Origin: Acidimicrobiaceae bacterium | GTDB taxonomy: Bacteria; Actinomycetota; Acidimicrobiia; Acidimicrobiales; RAAP-2 | DNA length: 64,000 nt | NCBI GenBank assembly: GCA_003153575.1 | Contig: PLZW01000038.1 | Coordinates: forward strand, 805 to 64,804 | Direction: 5' to 3' | In this document: one piece after another, positions 52,828 through 62,355 of the stretch | How positions within the stretch are numbered: position 1 is the stretch's first letter | How the letters are laid out: each line of letters opens with the position of its first letter | Notes under the pieces: generated by a model | The model's input: only the letters and a program-made list of their open reading frames with translations | Databases searched by the model: none | Told to the model about the DNA's origin: nothing | Translations under genes and position numbers: made by a program

Positions 52828-53217
52828 ATGGAGCACTCGGGATACGTCGAGCGGCCCGACTACCGGGTCGACCTACTGGCCCGACGGAACCGGGTCACCG
52901 CGTCGATCGGGGACCTTGTCCTGGCGGACAGCGAACGGTGCCTTCTGGTCGACGAACAGGACCACGGCCTGGTCTTCTACTTCCCTCCCGACCACGTGCG
53001 CCTCGATCTCCTCGCCGATGACGACCGGTCCAGTATCTGTCCGTTCAAGGGCATCGCCAGCTATCGCCGATTGGTCCATGACGGCGTCGAGGTGGTGGCC
53101 TGGAGCTACCTCACCCCCTTTCCCGAAGTCGCCCCGTTGGCCGGATACGTCGCCTTCTACCAGGACGTCGTGGACGTGCGCGTGGGTAGCGCGGTCCCGG
53201 CGGTCTCGGGGAGGTGA
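52828..53217 (+). CDS. DUF427 domain-containing protein
   Basis: 129 aa (VFYFPPDHV, CPFKGIASY, VAFYQD). Confidence 0.75.
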   Translation: MEHSGYVERPDYRVDLLARRNRVTASIGDLVLADSERCLLVDEQDHGLVFYFPPDHVRLDLLADDDRSSICPFKGIASYRRLVHDGVEVVAWSYLTPFPEVAPLAGYVAFYQDVVDVRVGSAVPAVSGR

Positions 53218-54098
53218 GCCCGGAGAAGGGCGGTGTCGACGGGCCTACCTCCGTGGTCGGGATGGTGGAACTGTTCGACGTCACCCCCGACGGCGCCCAC
53301 CGGTACGCCGGGTACAGCGACGGCGGCCATCGTCGGGTGGTGGACGGAAGCCAGCTCCTGGCCCAGTCGATCGTGGCCGCATCGAAGGAGCTGCCGGACC
53401 ACGGGGTGCGCTCGGCGCAGGCGGTGTTCACCCGGGCGGTCGACGACGTTCGACCGCTCTGGTTCGAGGTGGACGTCACCCACTGCGGCCGGACCTTCGC
53501 CGGGGCGATCGTCACCGTGGGCCAGGGCGACCGTCGGTGCGCCGTGGTGAGCCTGCTCCTCGACGTGGTCCACCCGGACGTGATCCGCCATGCCGCCCCG
53601 CCGCCGACGGTCGGACCTCCGGCCGACGCCATCGAGGTGACGATGCCCATGGACGGACGGCAGCTCCGGCTCGTGGGCGTGGCCGACCCCAACGACCCCG
53701 ACGAGGTGGGACCCCCGGTCCTCGACGCCTGGGTGCACTACGACCCGGTGCCGGACCGGTCGGATCTCGCCAGGGCCCTGATCGCCCACTTCACCGGCCA
53801 CCTGTCGCTCTCGGCCACCATGCGCGGCCACGCGGGGATCGGCACCGGACAGGCCCACAAGACCGTCTCCTCCGCCGTCATGGCCATCGGGGTGACCTTC
53901 CATGAACCGGTTGCCTGGGACGGCTGGCTCCTCTACCACCACGAGTCCACGCAGGTGGGAGCGGGGATGTCCTACGTGCGGGGTCAGGTCTTCACCGAGC
54001 GGGGCGACCTGATCGCGTCCTTCGTCCAAGAGGCGATGCTCCGGGCCTTCGAGCAGGACCCGGCCACCCACCCGATCCCCACGGCAGCACGGCTCTGA
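53214..54098 (+). CDS. Acyl-CoA thioesterase II (TesB-like, double hotdog)
   Basis: GTGA overlap with the DUF427 gene; ATG 53262 is an alternative start. Motifs: VDGSQLLAQSIVAA, HESTQVGAGMSYVRGQVFTERGDLIASFVQEAM. Confidence 0.85.
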   Translation: MSPEKGGVDGPTSVVGMVELFDVTPDGAHRYAGYSDGGHRRVVDGSQLLAQSIVAASKELPDHGVRSAQAVFTRAVDDVRPLWFEVDVTHCGRTFAGAIVTVGQGDRRCAVVSLLLDVVHPDVIRHAAPPPTVGPPADAIEVTMPMDGRQLRLVGVADPNDPDEVGPPVLDAWVHYDPVPDRSDLARALIAHFTGHLSLSATMRGHAGIGTGQAHKTVSSAVMAIGVTFHEPVAWDGWLLYHHESTQVGAGMSYVRGQVFTERGDLIASFVQEAMLRAFEQDPATHPIPTAARL

Positions 54099-54270
54099 GG
54101 GGCCGACCTACCCGGGTCGCCCCAAGGGGGTCCTTCCTCCGTCGTCAGAGAGCAAGCCCGAAATCTGGTTCCCACGCCATCGGAGGGTCACCGCTACCCT
54201 GTGGCCGGGCCGGCGCTCCCACCCGCGGGGGCCGAACCGCCGGGACCGAGACCAACGGGGTAGGTGCACG

Positions 54271-55125
54271 GTGAAATTCGCTCTCAGCCTCGGCCAACTC
54301 AATCCGACAGCATGGACGGCCGTCACCGAGGAGGCCGACCGGCTGGGTTATGACTCGGTGTGGATCCCCGAGCACCTCGTCCTCCCGGTCGACATGGGTG
54401 GCAGTCCCCACGCGGGACAGGATCACCCGCCCATCCCTCCCGAGCTCCCGGTGTTCGATGCCCTCATGTTCCTGGCGTTCCTGGCCGCCCGCACCGACCG
54501 CATCCGGTTCGGCACCCAAGTCTTCAACATCGGCCTCCGCCATCCTTTCGTCACGGCCCGGGCGGCCGCCACCCTGGACCACGTGTCGGACGGGCGGCTC
54601 GATTTCGGCATCGGGGCCAGCTGGTTGCGGGCCGAATGGGACGCCGTGGGGCTCGACTTCGACTCCCGCGGCGCACGCGTGGACGAGGCCATCGACGTGT
54701 GCCGTCGACTCTGGTCCGAGCCCGTGGTCGAGCACCACGGCCGCTTCTTCGACTTCGACCCGGTCATGTTCGAGCCCAAACCGGTACAGCGCCCCGGACC
54801 CCCTCTGCACATCGGAGGGGACGGATCGGCGGCCCTGCGTCGGGCCGCCACGGTGGGCGACGGCTGGATTCCCATGAACCACACGCTGAAGGAGATCCCC
54901 TCGGCCGTGGCCACGATCGCCGAGCTCCGAGAACGGGCTGGTCGTCAAGGCCGCACCGAGGTGACGCTCGGTGCCCAGATCGGGTCCCAGGCCGATATCG
55001 ACCGCCACGCCGAGGCCGGTGTGGACCGGGTGTTCGTCAAGCCGTGGAGGCGGACGTCGGACGCCATCGAGAGCCTGCGATCCTTCGCCTCCGAGTTCAT
55101 CGGGTCCCGTCCGCTCCTGAAATGA
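54271..55125 (+). CDS. LLM class F420-dependent-type oxidoreductase
   Basis: 284 aa with a GTG start. Motifs: GYDSVWIPEHLVLP, GRLDFGIGASW, GDGWIP. Confidence 0.88.
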   Translation: MKFALSLGQLNPTAWTAVTEEADRLGYDSVWIPEHLVLPVDMGGSPHAGQDHPPIPPELPVFDALMFLAFLAARTDRIRFGTQVFNIGLRHPFVTARAAATLDHVSDGRLDFGIGASWLRAEWDAVGLDFDSRGARVDEAIDVCRRLWSEPVVEHHGRFFDFDPVMFEPKPVQRPGPPLHIGGDGSAALRRAATVGDGWIPMNHTLKEIPSAVATIAELRERAGRQGRTEVTLGAQIGSQADIDRHAEAGVDRVFVKPWRRTSDAIESLRSFASEFIGSRPLLK

Positions 55126-55142
55126 TTTCCGGGACGGCCGCG

Positions 55143-55148
55143 TAGAAT
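55143..55148 (+). promoter_or_regulatory. Candidate -10 box TAGAAT for the downstream membrane-protein gene
   Basis: It matches the TANNNT consensus and lies 18 nt after the upstream stop. It would give a ~140-nt leader. Confidence 0.25.
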
Positions 55149-55231
55149 GACGGAAGAGGGGCCGGGCACCGACATCAGGCGGGAATCGAGCACGGAGGGA
55201 CGTCGACTTTGTTCCAAGCACACTCGGGAGT

Positions 55232-55288
55232 GCGACCGGATAGAGGCGGTCCGGTCGCCGTCGGTAACATCGGGGACCGGGTGTCCCC
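55232..55288 (+). promoter_or_regulatory. Two stable hairpins in the leader of 55295..56254
   Basis: The first is GCGACCGGA-tagaggcgg-TCCGGTCGC (55232..55258, 9-bp stem). The second is GGGGAC-cgggt-GTCCCC (55272..55288), ending 6 nt before the ATG. I saw no SD. Confidence 0.35.
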
Positions 55289-55294
55289 ATCACC

Positions 55295-56254
55295 ATGGTC
55301 TACGCGCTCGCACTGACCGCGGCGCTGGCCAACGCGCTGACCAGCATCCTCCAGCGCATGGGGGTGGAGGATGCCCCGCCGGAGTCGACGATGCACCTCA
55401 GCTTGTTGACCCACGCGTTGAAGCGAGGGGTCTGGCTGCTCGGGTTCGCCTGCATGGTGGGGTCGTTTCTCTGCCAGGCGTTCGCGTTGCATCTCGGCAA
55501 CCTGAGCCAGGTCCAGCCCATCCTCACCATCGAGCTCCTGCTCCTCGTCCTGCTGCTGGCCACCTGGTTCCGGTTCCGCATCGGATGGCACGGGTGGCTG
55601 GCGTGCGTGGCGGCGGCCGGCGGGTTGGCCGGCTTCCTGGTGTTCGCCGATCCCCGCAGCGGCGGCGAGATCCCGAGTGCGGCCGAATGGATCCTGGCCG
55701 GATCGCTGTGCGGTGGGGCGGTGGTGTTGGCCGTCGTGGCCGCGATGCGCGGTCCTAGGTGGTGGCGGGCGGCGATGTTCGGAGCGGCCGGGGCCGTCGG
55801 ATTCGCGTTCACAGCGGCACTGATCAAGTCAGTGGGCGACTACGTGGCCGCCGACTGGAGCCAACTCTTCCTGCACTGGCAGACCTATGCCCTGGCGATC
55901 TGCGGCCTGGGATCGGTGTTCCTGGCCCAGAACGCGTTCCACGCCGGTCCGATCGCCGCGTCGCAGACGGCCCTGGTCCTGGTCGATCCACTGGTCAGCC
56001 TGGCCATCGGCATCGGCATCTTCGGGGACAACCTGCGGACCGGAGGGGCCTACGGACCGCTCGAGGCGGTTTCGCTCCTCATCATGTTCGTGGGTGCCGC
56101 GTTTCTTGCCCATTCGCCGCTCATCTCGGGGATGAAGGGCGAGGACGACAGCTACGAGCAGCTCCTTTCGGTGCGGTCGCGTTCGAAGCGCCTGGCCCGG
56201 GCGGTCGAGGACCAGGCCCCACCCGGCGTGCTGGGTCTGGCCGAGTCGGACTGA
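55295..56254 (+). CDS. DMT-superfamily-like integral membrane transporter
   Basis: 319 aa with about ten hydrophobic segments and a hydrophilic C-terminal tail. Confidence 0.6.
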   Translation: MVYALALTAALANALTSILQRMGVEDAPPESTMHLSLLTHALKRGVWLLGFACMVGSFLCQAFALHLGNLSQVQPILTIELLLLVLLLATWFRFRIGWHGWLACVAAAGGLAGFLVFADPRSGGEIPSAAEWILAGSLCGGAVVLAVVAAMRGPRWWRAAMFGAAGAVGFAFTAALIKSVGDYVAADWSQLFLHWQTYALAICGLGSVFLAQNAFHAGPIAASQTALVLVDPLVSLAIGIGIFGDNLRTGGAYGPLEAVSLLIMFVGAAFLAHSPLISGMKGEDDSYEQLLSVRSRSKRLARAVEDQAPPGVLGLAESD

Positions 56255-56372
56255 ACGGCCGACGAGCCCTGCGCCGTCCGCCGGCCCGGGCCTACGATCG
56301 GTCCTCCATGGGAGCAACCACAGCCGGGGCGTCCGGACCGATGCGACGTGGACGGCGTGGAGGCCCCGGCCG

Positions 56373-57833
56373 GTGAACGCCGGACACGCCACCGACGGTG
56401 CGCTGGCCGTCGTTCCCGAATGGACCGCCCTGGTGGTGTGGGAGCGGTCCTGGACGTACCGGGAACTCGAGGAGCTGACCCGACGGACGGGGGCGGCGCT
56501 GGCGGCCGCCGGCGTGGGGCCGGGCGACCGGGTCGCTCTGGTCAACCTGGGCAGTGCACTCTCGATTGCCACGATCTTCGCCTGTGCCCGCCTGGGTGCG
56601 GCCAGCGCTCAGATGAACGCCTACCTCACCCCGGGGGAGCTCGCACAGCTGGTCCAGCTGGTCGGTGCCACAGTGGGCGTGGCCGGCGCCCCGTACCTCG
56701 AGGGCCTGGCGGTGGCGATGAGTGGGCCGGTCCTCGGCGCCGTCGAGATCGAGTCGGCCGATCCGGATGCGGTGCCGACCACGACCGGTGATGCCGACGA
56801 CACCGCGCTGGTCCTGTTCACCAGCGGCACGACCGGGCTGCCCAAGCCTGTCGCCATCAGCCATCGGGTCGTGGCCGACCGCTTGGCCTACTACGGCAAG
56901 CCCATCGACCCGGATGCGCCTCAGGTGGTCGACATGATGTCCGCGCCGATCTTCCACATCGGCGGGACGCTCGGCCTCTTCGTGTCGCTGTACCAGGGGA
57001 AGAAGCTGGTGGTACTGCCGAAATTCGACGCCGGTACCTGGCTCGACCAGGTCGAGCGCCACCGGGTCACCCAGACCTTCGTTGTCCCGACCATGCTCCG
57101 GCGGGTGCTCGACCATCCCCGGTTCGCATCGACGGACCTCGGATCACTTCGCTCGCTCAACTACGGTGCGGCCGCCGCACCGGTCGACGTCGTGCGCCGG
57201 GCGGTCGACGCCCTGCCCGACGTCGACTTCACCAACACCTTCGGCCAGACCGAGACGCTGGGGGCGTACGCGGCACTGGGCCCAGACGACCATCGTCGGG
57301 GCGACCGGTTCGGATCGGTCGGGCGTCCCCTGACCGGGGTCGAGGTCCGGATCGTCGACCCCGGGACGGGGGAGCCGGTACTTGAGGGCGGGACCGGAGA
57401 GTTCTGGGTCCGGGCCGTGCAGAACACGACGTCGGAATGGCTGCACACAGGGGACACCGGATGGCGCGACGCCGAGGGCTACCTGTTCCTCTCGGGACGG
57501 ATCTCGGACACCATCAACCGGGGGGGCGAGAAGTTCGGTCCCGTCGAGGTGGAGGACGTCCTCCGCACCCACCCGCTCGTCGCCGACGTGGGCGTGGTCG
57601 GTGTGGCGGACCCGGAGCTCGGGGAGCGGGTCGGTGCCGTCGTGGTGGCCTCGGGGCCGGTGACGCCGTCCGAGCTGGTGGCCCACTGCTCCCGGCACCT
57701 CTCGACCTACAAGGTGCCGGAGTTCCTCGCATTCGCCGACGAGCTACCCGTGTCGGTGCTGGGCAAGCTCGACCGAACGGAGCTGCGAGCGCGGCTGTCG
57801 GCGTCCCCTCCGATTCCTCGACCGACGCCTTGA
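56373..57833 (+). CDS. AMP-dependent acyl-CoA synthetase/ligase
   Basis: GTG start with a GGAGG SD 9 nt upstream. Motifs: FTSGTTGLPKPV, FGQTE, TGDTG, GRISDTINRGGEK. Confidence 0.9.
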   Translation: MNAGHATDGALAVVPEWTALVVWERSWTYRELEELTRRTGAALAAAGVGPGDRVALVNLGSALSIATIFACARLGAASAQMNAYLTPGELAQLVQLVGATVGVAGAPYLEGLAVAMSGPVLGAVEIESADPDAVPTTTGDADDTALVLFTSGTTGLPKPVAISHRVVADRLAYYGKPIDPDAPQVVDMMSAPIFHIGGTLGLFVSLYQGKKLVVLPKFDAGTWLDQVERHRVTQTFVVPTMLRRVLDHPRFASTDLGSLRSLNYGAAAAPVDVVRRAVDALPDVDFTNTFGQTETLGAYAALGPDDHRRGDRFGSVGRPLTGVEVRIVDPGTGEPVLEGGTGEFWVRAVQNTTSEWLHTGDTGWRDAEGYLFLSGRISDTINRGGEKFGPVEVEDVLRTHPLVADVGVVGVADPELGERVGAVVVASGPVTPSELVAHCSRHLSTYKVPEFLAFADELPVSVLGKLDRTELRARLSASPPIPRPTP

Positions 57834-57969
57834 CCGGCACCGGGCACGACCCTGCGCAGGCGTGCGCGCTACGGTTCGCTCCGGGCCGGCGAGGCCGAGC
57901 CCCCACGTTTCGACCCGTTGACCCGGCTGGTCGACGGATCGACGCACCACGACAGCGAAGGAGCCCGAG

Positions 57970-58467
57970 GTGGCAGACGACAGCCTGAGCGCGATCATCG
58001 GCAGGCCGACAGGGACGACGGTGGTCACGGTGGAGCGGGGCCAGCTGGTCCTGTTCGCCACGGCTGTGCGGGACGACAATCCGGTGTACCGGGACCCGCG
58101 GGCGGCCGAGGCCGCCGGCCTGCCCGGTATCCCCGCACCGCCCACCTACCCATTTGTGATGGGGAACTTCGGGGCCTACCCCGAGCTCCAGATCGAGGAT
58201 GCGCCGACCGGCAACCCGATGGCCGAGGTCCTCGGCCCGTTGATGGCCAAAGGGGGGATCATCCTCCACGGCGAGCAGGAGTTCACCTATCACCGGCCGG
58301 TCTTCGCGGGTGACGTGCTCGTCGGCGTGGGGACCGTGGCCGATGCCTACCAGAAGGAGTCGAAGGGCAAGACCATGACCTTCGTCGTCGTGGAGACGGC
58401 CTGGAGCGACCGGGACAGCGGCGAAGCGGTCTGCACCTCGCGCATGAACATCATCCACCGCCTCTGA
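57970..58467 (+). CDS. MaoC N-terminal-like (hotdog) dehydratase subunit
   Basis: GTG start with a GAAGGAG SD. Motifs: FATAVRDDNPVY, ILHGEQEFTYHRPVFAGD. Confidence 0.8.
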   Translation: MADDSLSAIIGRPTGTTVVTVERGQLVLFATAVRDDNPVYRDPRAAEAAGLPGIPAPPTYPFVMGNFGAYPELQIEDAPTGNPMAEVLGPLMAKGGIILHGEQEFTYHRPVFAGDVLVGVGTVADAYQKESKGKTMTFVVVETAWSDRDSGEAVCTSRMNIIHRL

Positions 58468-59315
58468 TGGCCGCCGCCGATCTCCCGGGCGAGAGGGCCC
58501 CGGGCGACGACGCCGTACTCCGCCGCATCGACGGCGGGGTGGCATGGATCACCCTCAACCGGCCCGAGGCCGGCAACGCCATCACGCCGGCGATGCGGGA
58601 CCAGCTCATCGCCTGGTTGGAGGAGGCCTCCGCCGACCTGGCCGTGCGTGCAGTCGTGGTGACCGGAAGTGGTGAGAAGGGCTTCTGCACCGGTGCCGAT
58701 CTCCGGACCTCCGGGCCCGGACCTGTCCGGCCCGAGGGGGCCCCCGACCGGGCGGTGGGCGACGCCGCGCGCATGATCCGAACCGGATGGCAACGATTGG
58801 TGACCGCCGTCCTCGACTGCGAGAAGCCGGTCATCGCCGCCGTCAACGCCACCGCGGCGGGTGGGGGCATGCACCTGGCCCTCGCCTGCGACCTGGTGAT
58901 CGCCGCCGAAGAGGCGAAGTTCATCGAGGTCTTCATCCGGCGGGGCATCGCACCCGATGCCGGAGGCGCCTACCTCCTGGCCCGCCTCGTCGGGCCCCAG
59001 AAGGCCAAGGAGCTCTTCTTCTTCGGCGACGACCTCCCGGCCCGGGACGCCGAGCGGCTGGGACTGGTCAACAAGGTGGTGGCCCGTGCCGACCTGATGG
59101 CCGAGGTCGGCGCCTGGGCGGCCCGCCTGGCCTCGGCCCCCACCAAGGCCGTCAGCGCCGCCAAGTACCTGACCAATCGGGCCCTGGAGTCCGACCGGGC
59201 CACCGCCCTGTGGGACGAGGCCACAGCCCAAGAATTGGTGACCGGCACCGAGGACTGCCGCGAGGGTCTGACTGCGTTCGCCGAGCGCCGGCCCCCGGTG
59301 TTCCGGGGCTGGTAG
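58467..59315 (+). CDS. Enoyl-CoA hydratase/isomerase family protein
   Basis: TGATG junction. Motifs: ITLNRPEAGNA, FCTGADL, AAVNATAAGGGMHLALACD. Confidence 0.9.
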   Translation: MAAADLPGERAPGDDAVLRRIDGGVAWITLNRPEAGNAITPAMRDQLIAWLEEASADLAVRAVVVTGSGEKGFCTGADLRTSGPGPVRPEGAPDRAVGDAARMIRTGWQRLVTAVLDCEKPVIAAVNATAAGGGMHLALACDLVIAAEEAKFIEVFIRRGIAPDAGGAYLLARLVGPQKAKELFFFGDDLPARDAERLGLVNKVVARADLMAEVGAWAARLASAPTKAVSAAKYLTNRALESDRATALWDEATAQELVTGTEDCREGLTAFAERRPPVFRGW

Positions 59316-59339
59316 GGAGGTCCATCCGATGGGTAGCCG

Positions 59340-59355
59340 AGGCCCCGCCGGGCCT
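59340..59355 (+). terminator. Small hairpin AGGCCC-cgcc-GGGCCT followed by a T-containing stretch
   Basis: 6-bp stem 25 nt after the stop of 58467..59315, followed by ttctggtttc. Confidence 0.25.
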
Positions 59356-59399
59356 AGAACGGGTTCTGGTTTCGAGCGACGAGATGGTAGAACATCACC

Positions 59400-59876
59400 G
59401 TGCACATGATCGGTGAGTCCGCGCTCCTTTCCGCCACCCGGTACGCGGAGTGGATGGCCGTCCTGCGGATCGGCCTCGGCTTGTGGTGGGTCAAGAGCTT
59501 CGCCCACAAGGACCTGGGCGGCTGGCTGAAGCGGGGCTCCGGCATCGAGTGGGGCGGCTCCGTCGCCGAGAAGCACAAGTGGGCATTCGTGAAGACCGGC
59601 TTCGACAAGGTCGTCCGACCCCACCCGATCCCGATGGCCTACATCGTGGTCTTCTCCGAACTGGCCCTCGGCCTCGGTCTCGTCCTCGGCTTCCTCACAC
59701 CGATCGCCCTGGTGGCCGGCATCCTCTTGAATCTCCTCTACCTGGTGCTGATGATCCATGACTGGGCGGAGCAGGGACAGAACCTGATGATGATCCTGGC
59801 CGCCGTGGTGGCATTCGGGACCCATGCGTGGGCCGTCTGGTCGGTCGACCACCTGCTGCACCTCTTCGGAGCTTGA
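59400..59876 (+). CDS. DoxX-like small integral membrane protein
   Basis: 158 aa with four hydrophobic segments. Starts at GTG 59400 or ATG 59406. Confidence 0.55.
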   Translation: MHMIGESALLSATRYAEWMAVLRIGLGLWWVKSFAHKDLGGWLKRGSGIEWGGSVAEKHKWAFVKTGFDKVVRPHPIPMAYIVVFSELALGLGLVLGFLTPIALVAGILLNLLYLVLMIHDWAEQGQNLMMILAAVVAFGTHAWAVWSVDHLLHLFGA

Positions 59877-59880
59877 TCCG

Positions 59881-62136
59881 ATGGCGATCGGCATCCAGGA
59901 CGAGCACGAGGAGCTACGCGCCTCGGTCGAGGGCTGGGCGGAGGCCAGGGGCGTGGTCGCCGCCGTCCGAACGGCACTCGACGCCGAAGGCGACGCGCTC
60001 CCGCCCTACTGGGGGGACCTAGCCGCCCAGGGGCTGCTCGCCATCCACCTCCACGAAGACCTCGGGGGGCAGGGAGCCGGCGTGGTCGAACTGGCCGTGG
60101 TGGCCGAAGAGCTCGGCCGCACCGCCGCCGTGGGACCGTGGGACACGACGGCCGTGGTGGCCGGCGTGGTCGCCGCCTCGGGCAGTGCCGGTCTGGCCAA
60201 GGCGCTCCTGCCCGGCCTGGCCGACGGCAGCCTGATCGCCTCGATGGCGGTGCCGACGGCGGCGCCCGACGGCTCCCCCGTCGCCTACACGGATCTGACC
60301 GGGACCCCCGGCCCCGACGGCTCGCTGGTGGTCTCCGGCGTGCTCCGGCCCCTGGTGCACGGGGCTGTCGTCACCCACGTGCTCGCCCCGGTGACCGTGC
60401 CCGACGGGACCCGCTGGGTCGTCCTGGAGCGGGCCGACCCCGTTGCGGTGGTCGAGCTGCCCAGTTTCGACCCGACCCGACCCGCCGCGTCATGGACGCT
60501 GGACGGGGCGAACGTGGCCGGGGAACGGGTACTGGACGCCACGACCGGCGCCGTGCGGGACCTGGCCCTCGTGGTGCTCTCGGCCGAGGCCGCCGGCGGG
60601 GCCCGATGGTGTGTGGAGACAGCGGCCGAGCACGCCCGCACCCGCGAGCAGTTCGGCCGGCCCATCGGACAGTTCCAGGGGGTCAAGCACCGACTGGCCG
60701 ACATGCTGGTCTCCGTGGAGCAGGCCGTGGCCGCCACCTGGGACGCCGCCATGGTGCTGGAGGCCGAGGGGGGATCGACCTCGGGGGAGGAGACGGACCA
60801 GGGGAGCCTGGCCGTCCAACTCGCCGCCGCCCTCGCCCTCGACGGCTACGTCGAGGCGGCCAAGGGTGCCATCCAGGTCCTCGGGGGGATGGGCTTCACG
60901 TGGGAGCACGACGCCCACGTCCACCTGCGCCGGGCCACCACGCTGCGCCAGCTGGTGGGCGGCACCGCACCGCTCCGGGCCGAGTCGGCCCGCCTGGCGC
61001 TGGCCGGCTGGCGTCGACGCTTGTCGATCGACCTTCCTCCCGAAGCGGCGGCACTGCGGGTCGAGATCGACGCCGTGGTGGCCGGTATCGCCGCCATCGA
61101 CGACCCCGCCGAGCGCCACCGGGCCCTGGCCGACCACGGACTGCTGGCTCCCCACTGGCCCGCTCCGTGGGGACGGGACGCCGGGGCCGTCGAGCAGCTG
61201 GTCATCGACCAGGCGTGCGCCGAGGCCGGTCTCAAGCGACCGGCGCTGGCCGTGGCCGCCTGGGCCCTTCCGACCATCATGGCCCACGGCACGGCCGAGC
61301 AGACCGAGCGCTGGGTGGGGCCGACGCTGCGGGGCGAGATCATCTGGTGCCAGCTCTTCAGCGAGCCAGGCGCCGGCTCCGACCTGGCCTCACTCACCAC
61401 GCGGGCGAACCGGGTCGATGGTGGATGGTCGCTGACCGGCCAGAAGGTGTGGACGTCGGTGGCCCAGCGTGCCCACTGGGGGATCTGTCTGGCCCGGACC
61501 GACCCCGACGTCCCGAAGCACCGGGGCATCACCTACTTCCTGGTCGACATGCACTCGCCCGGCATCGAGGTCCGGCCGCTGCGGGAGATCACCGGGGCGG
61601 CGTTGTTCAACGAGGTGTTCTTCGAGGAATGCTTCGTGCCCGACGACTGCGTGGTGGGGGAGATCGACGGTGGCTGGAAGCTGGCGCGGACCACGTTGGC
61701 CAACGAGCGGGTGTCACTGTCGTCCGACACGGCCTTCGGCGGCGCCCTCGAAGGGGTCCTCGATCGGGTGGCGGCCCGGCCCGAGCTCCAGGATCCGGTG
61801 ACCCTCGACCGGCTCGGGCACCTGCTGGCCGAGGCCCAGTCGCTGGCGCAACTGGGTATGCGTGCCACCCTCCGCTCGGTGGGCGGCCTCCAACCCGGTC
61901 CCGAGTCGAGCGTGCGCAAGCTCCTCGGCGCCGAATTCGACCAGCGGGTCCACGAGTTCGGGCTCGACATCTGTGGGCCCGAGGGGGCCATCACCGAGGG
62001 CGACGCCGCATTGTCGGCCTACATGGTGCTGCAGTCGAAGTGCATGACCATCGCCGGCGGGACCAGCGAGGTCCAACGCAACGTGATCGGGGAGCGCCTG
62101 CTCGGACTGCCTCGCGATCCGGAGCCCGGCCGATGA
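59881..62136 (+). CDS. Fused two-module acyl-CoA dehydrogenase (beta-like N-half plus alpha-like C-half)
   Basis: ORF 59824..62136 trimmed to ATG 59881 (751 aa). The N-half ends IQVLGGMGFTWEHDAHVHLRRA, like 7329..8405. The C-half has WCQLFSEPGAGSDLASLTT, GQKVWTS and AGGTSEVQRNVIGER, like 6046..7257. Confidence 0.88.
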   Translation: MAIGIQDEHEELRASVEGWAEARGVVAAVRTALDAEGDALPPYWGDLAAQGLLAIHLHEDLGGQGAGVVELAVVAEELGRTAAVGPWDTTAVVAGVVAASGSAGLAKALLPGLADGSLIASMAVPTAAPDGSPVAYTDLTGTPGPDGSLVVSGVLRPLVHGAVVTHVLAPVTVPDGTRWVVLERADPVAVVELPSFDPTRPAASWTLDGANVAGERVLDATTGAVRDLALVVLSAEAAGGARWCVETAAEHARTREQFGRPIGQFQGVKHRLADMLVSVEQAVAATWDAAMVLEAEGGSTSGEETDQGSLAVQLAAALALDGYVEAAKGAIQVLGGMGFTWEHDAHVHLRRATTLRQLVGGTAPLRAESARLALAGWRRRLSIDLPPEAAALRVEIDAVVAGIAAIDDPAERHRALADHGLLAPHWPAPWGRDAGAVEQLVIDQACAEAGLKRPALAVAAWALPTIMAHGTAEQTERWVGPTLRGEIIWCQLFSEPGAGSDLASLTTRANRVDGGWSLTGQKVWTSVAQRAHWGICLARTDPDVPKHRGITYFLVDMHSPGIEVRPLREITGAALFNEVFFEECFVPDDCVVGEIDGGWKLARTTLANERVSLSSDTAFGGALEGVLDRVAARPELQDPVTLDRLGHLLAEAQSLAQLGMRATLRSVGGLQPGPESSVRKLLGAEFDQRVHEFGLDICGPEGAITEGDAALSAYMVLQSKCMTIAGGTSEVQRNVIGERLLGLPRDPEPGR

Positions 62137-62355
62137 CCGACCGTCCGACCGGGCCGGCCGCGCCGGGGTGCGGTCGCGCTCCGGTGAACTCCGCCGGTTC
62201 CGGGCCGGCACACCGGTTCGCGGGGCGCGGGGTGCGGACCGGGTCGTGCCGTGGCACGGTATGGGGAGGCAAAGGAAGATTGAACGACTGCGACCGGGGC
62301 ACCCGGTGGTGGCCGCACGAGGCCGAGACGTGGCCGTACGAGGGAGGACCTGGAC

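Noticed and set aside
55232-55288. A guanidine-II (mini-ykkC) riboswitch made of two hairpins upstream of a small-molecule exporter.
   Set aside because: The class requires ACGR tetraloops closed by conserved C-G pairs. The loops here are tagaggcgg and cgggt, so I kept only a generic structured-leader call.
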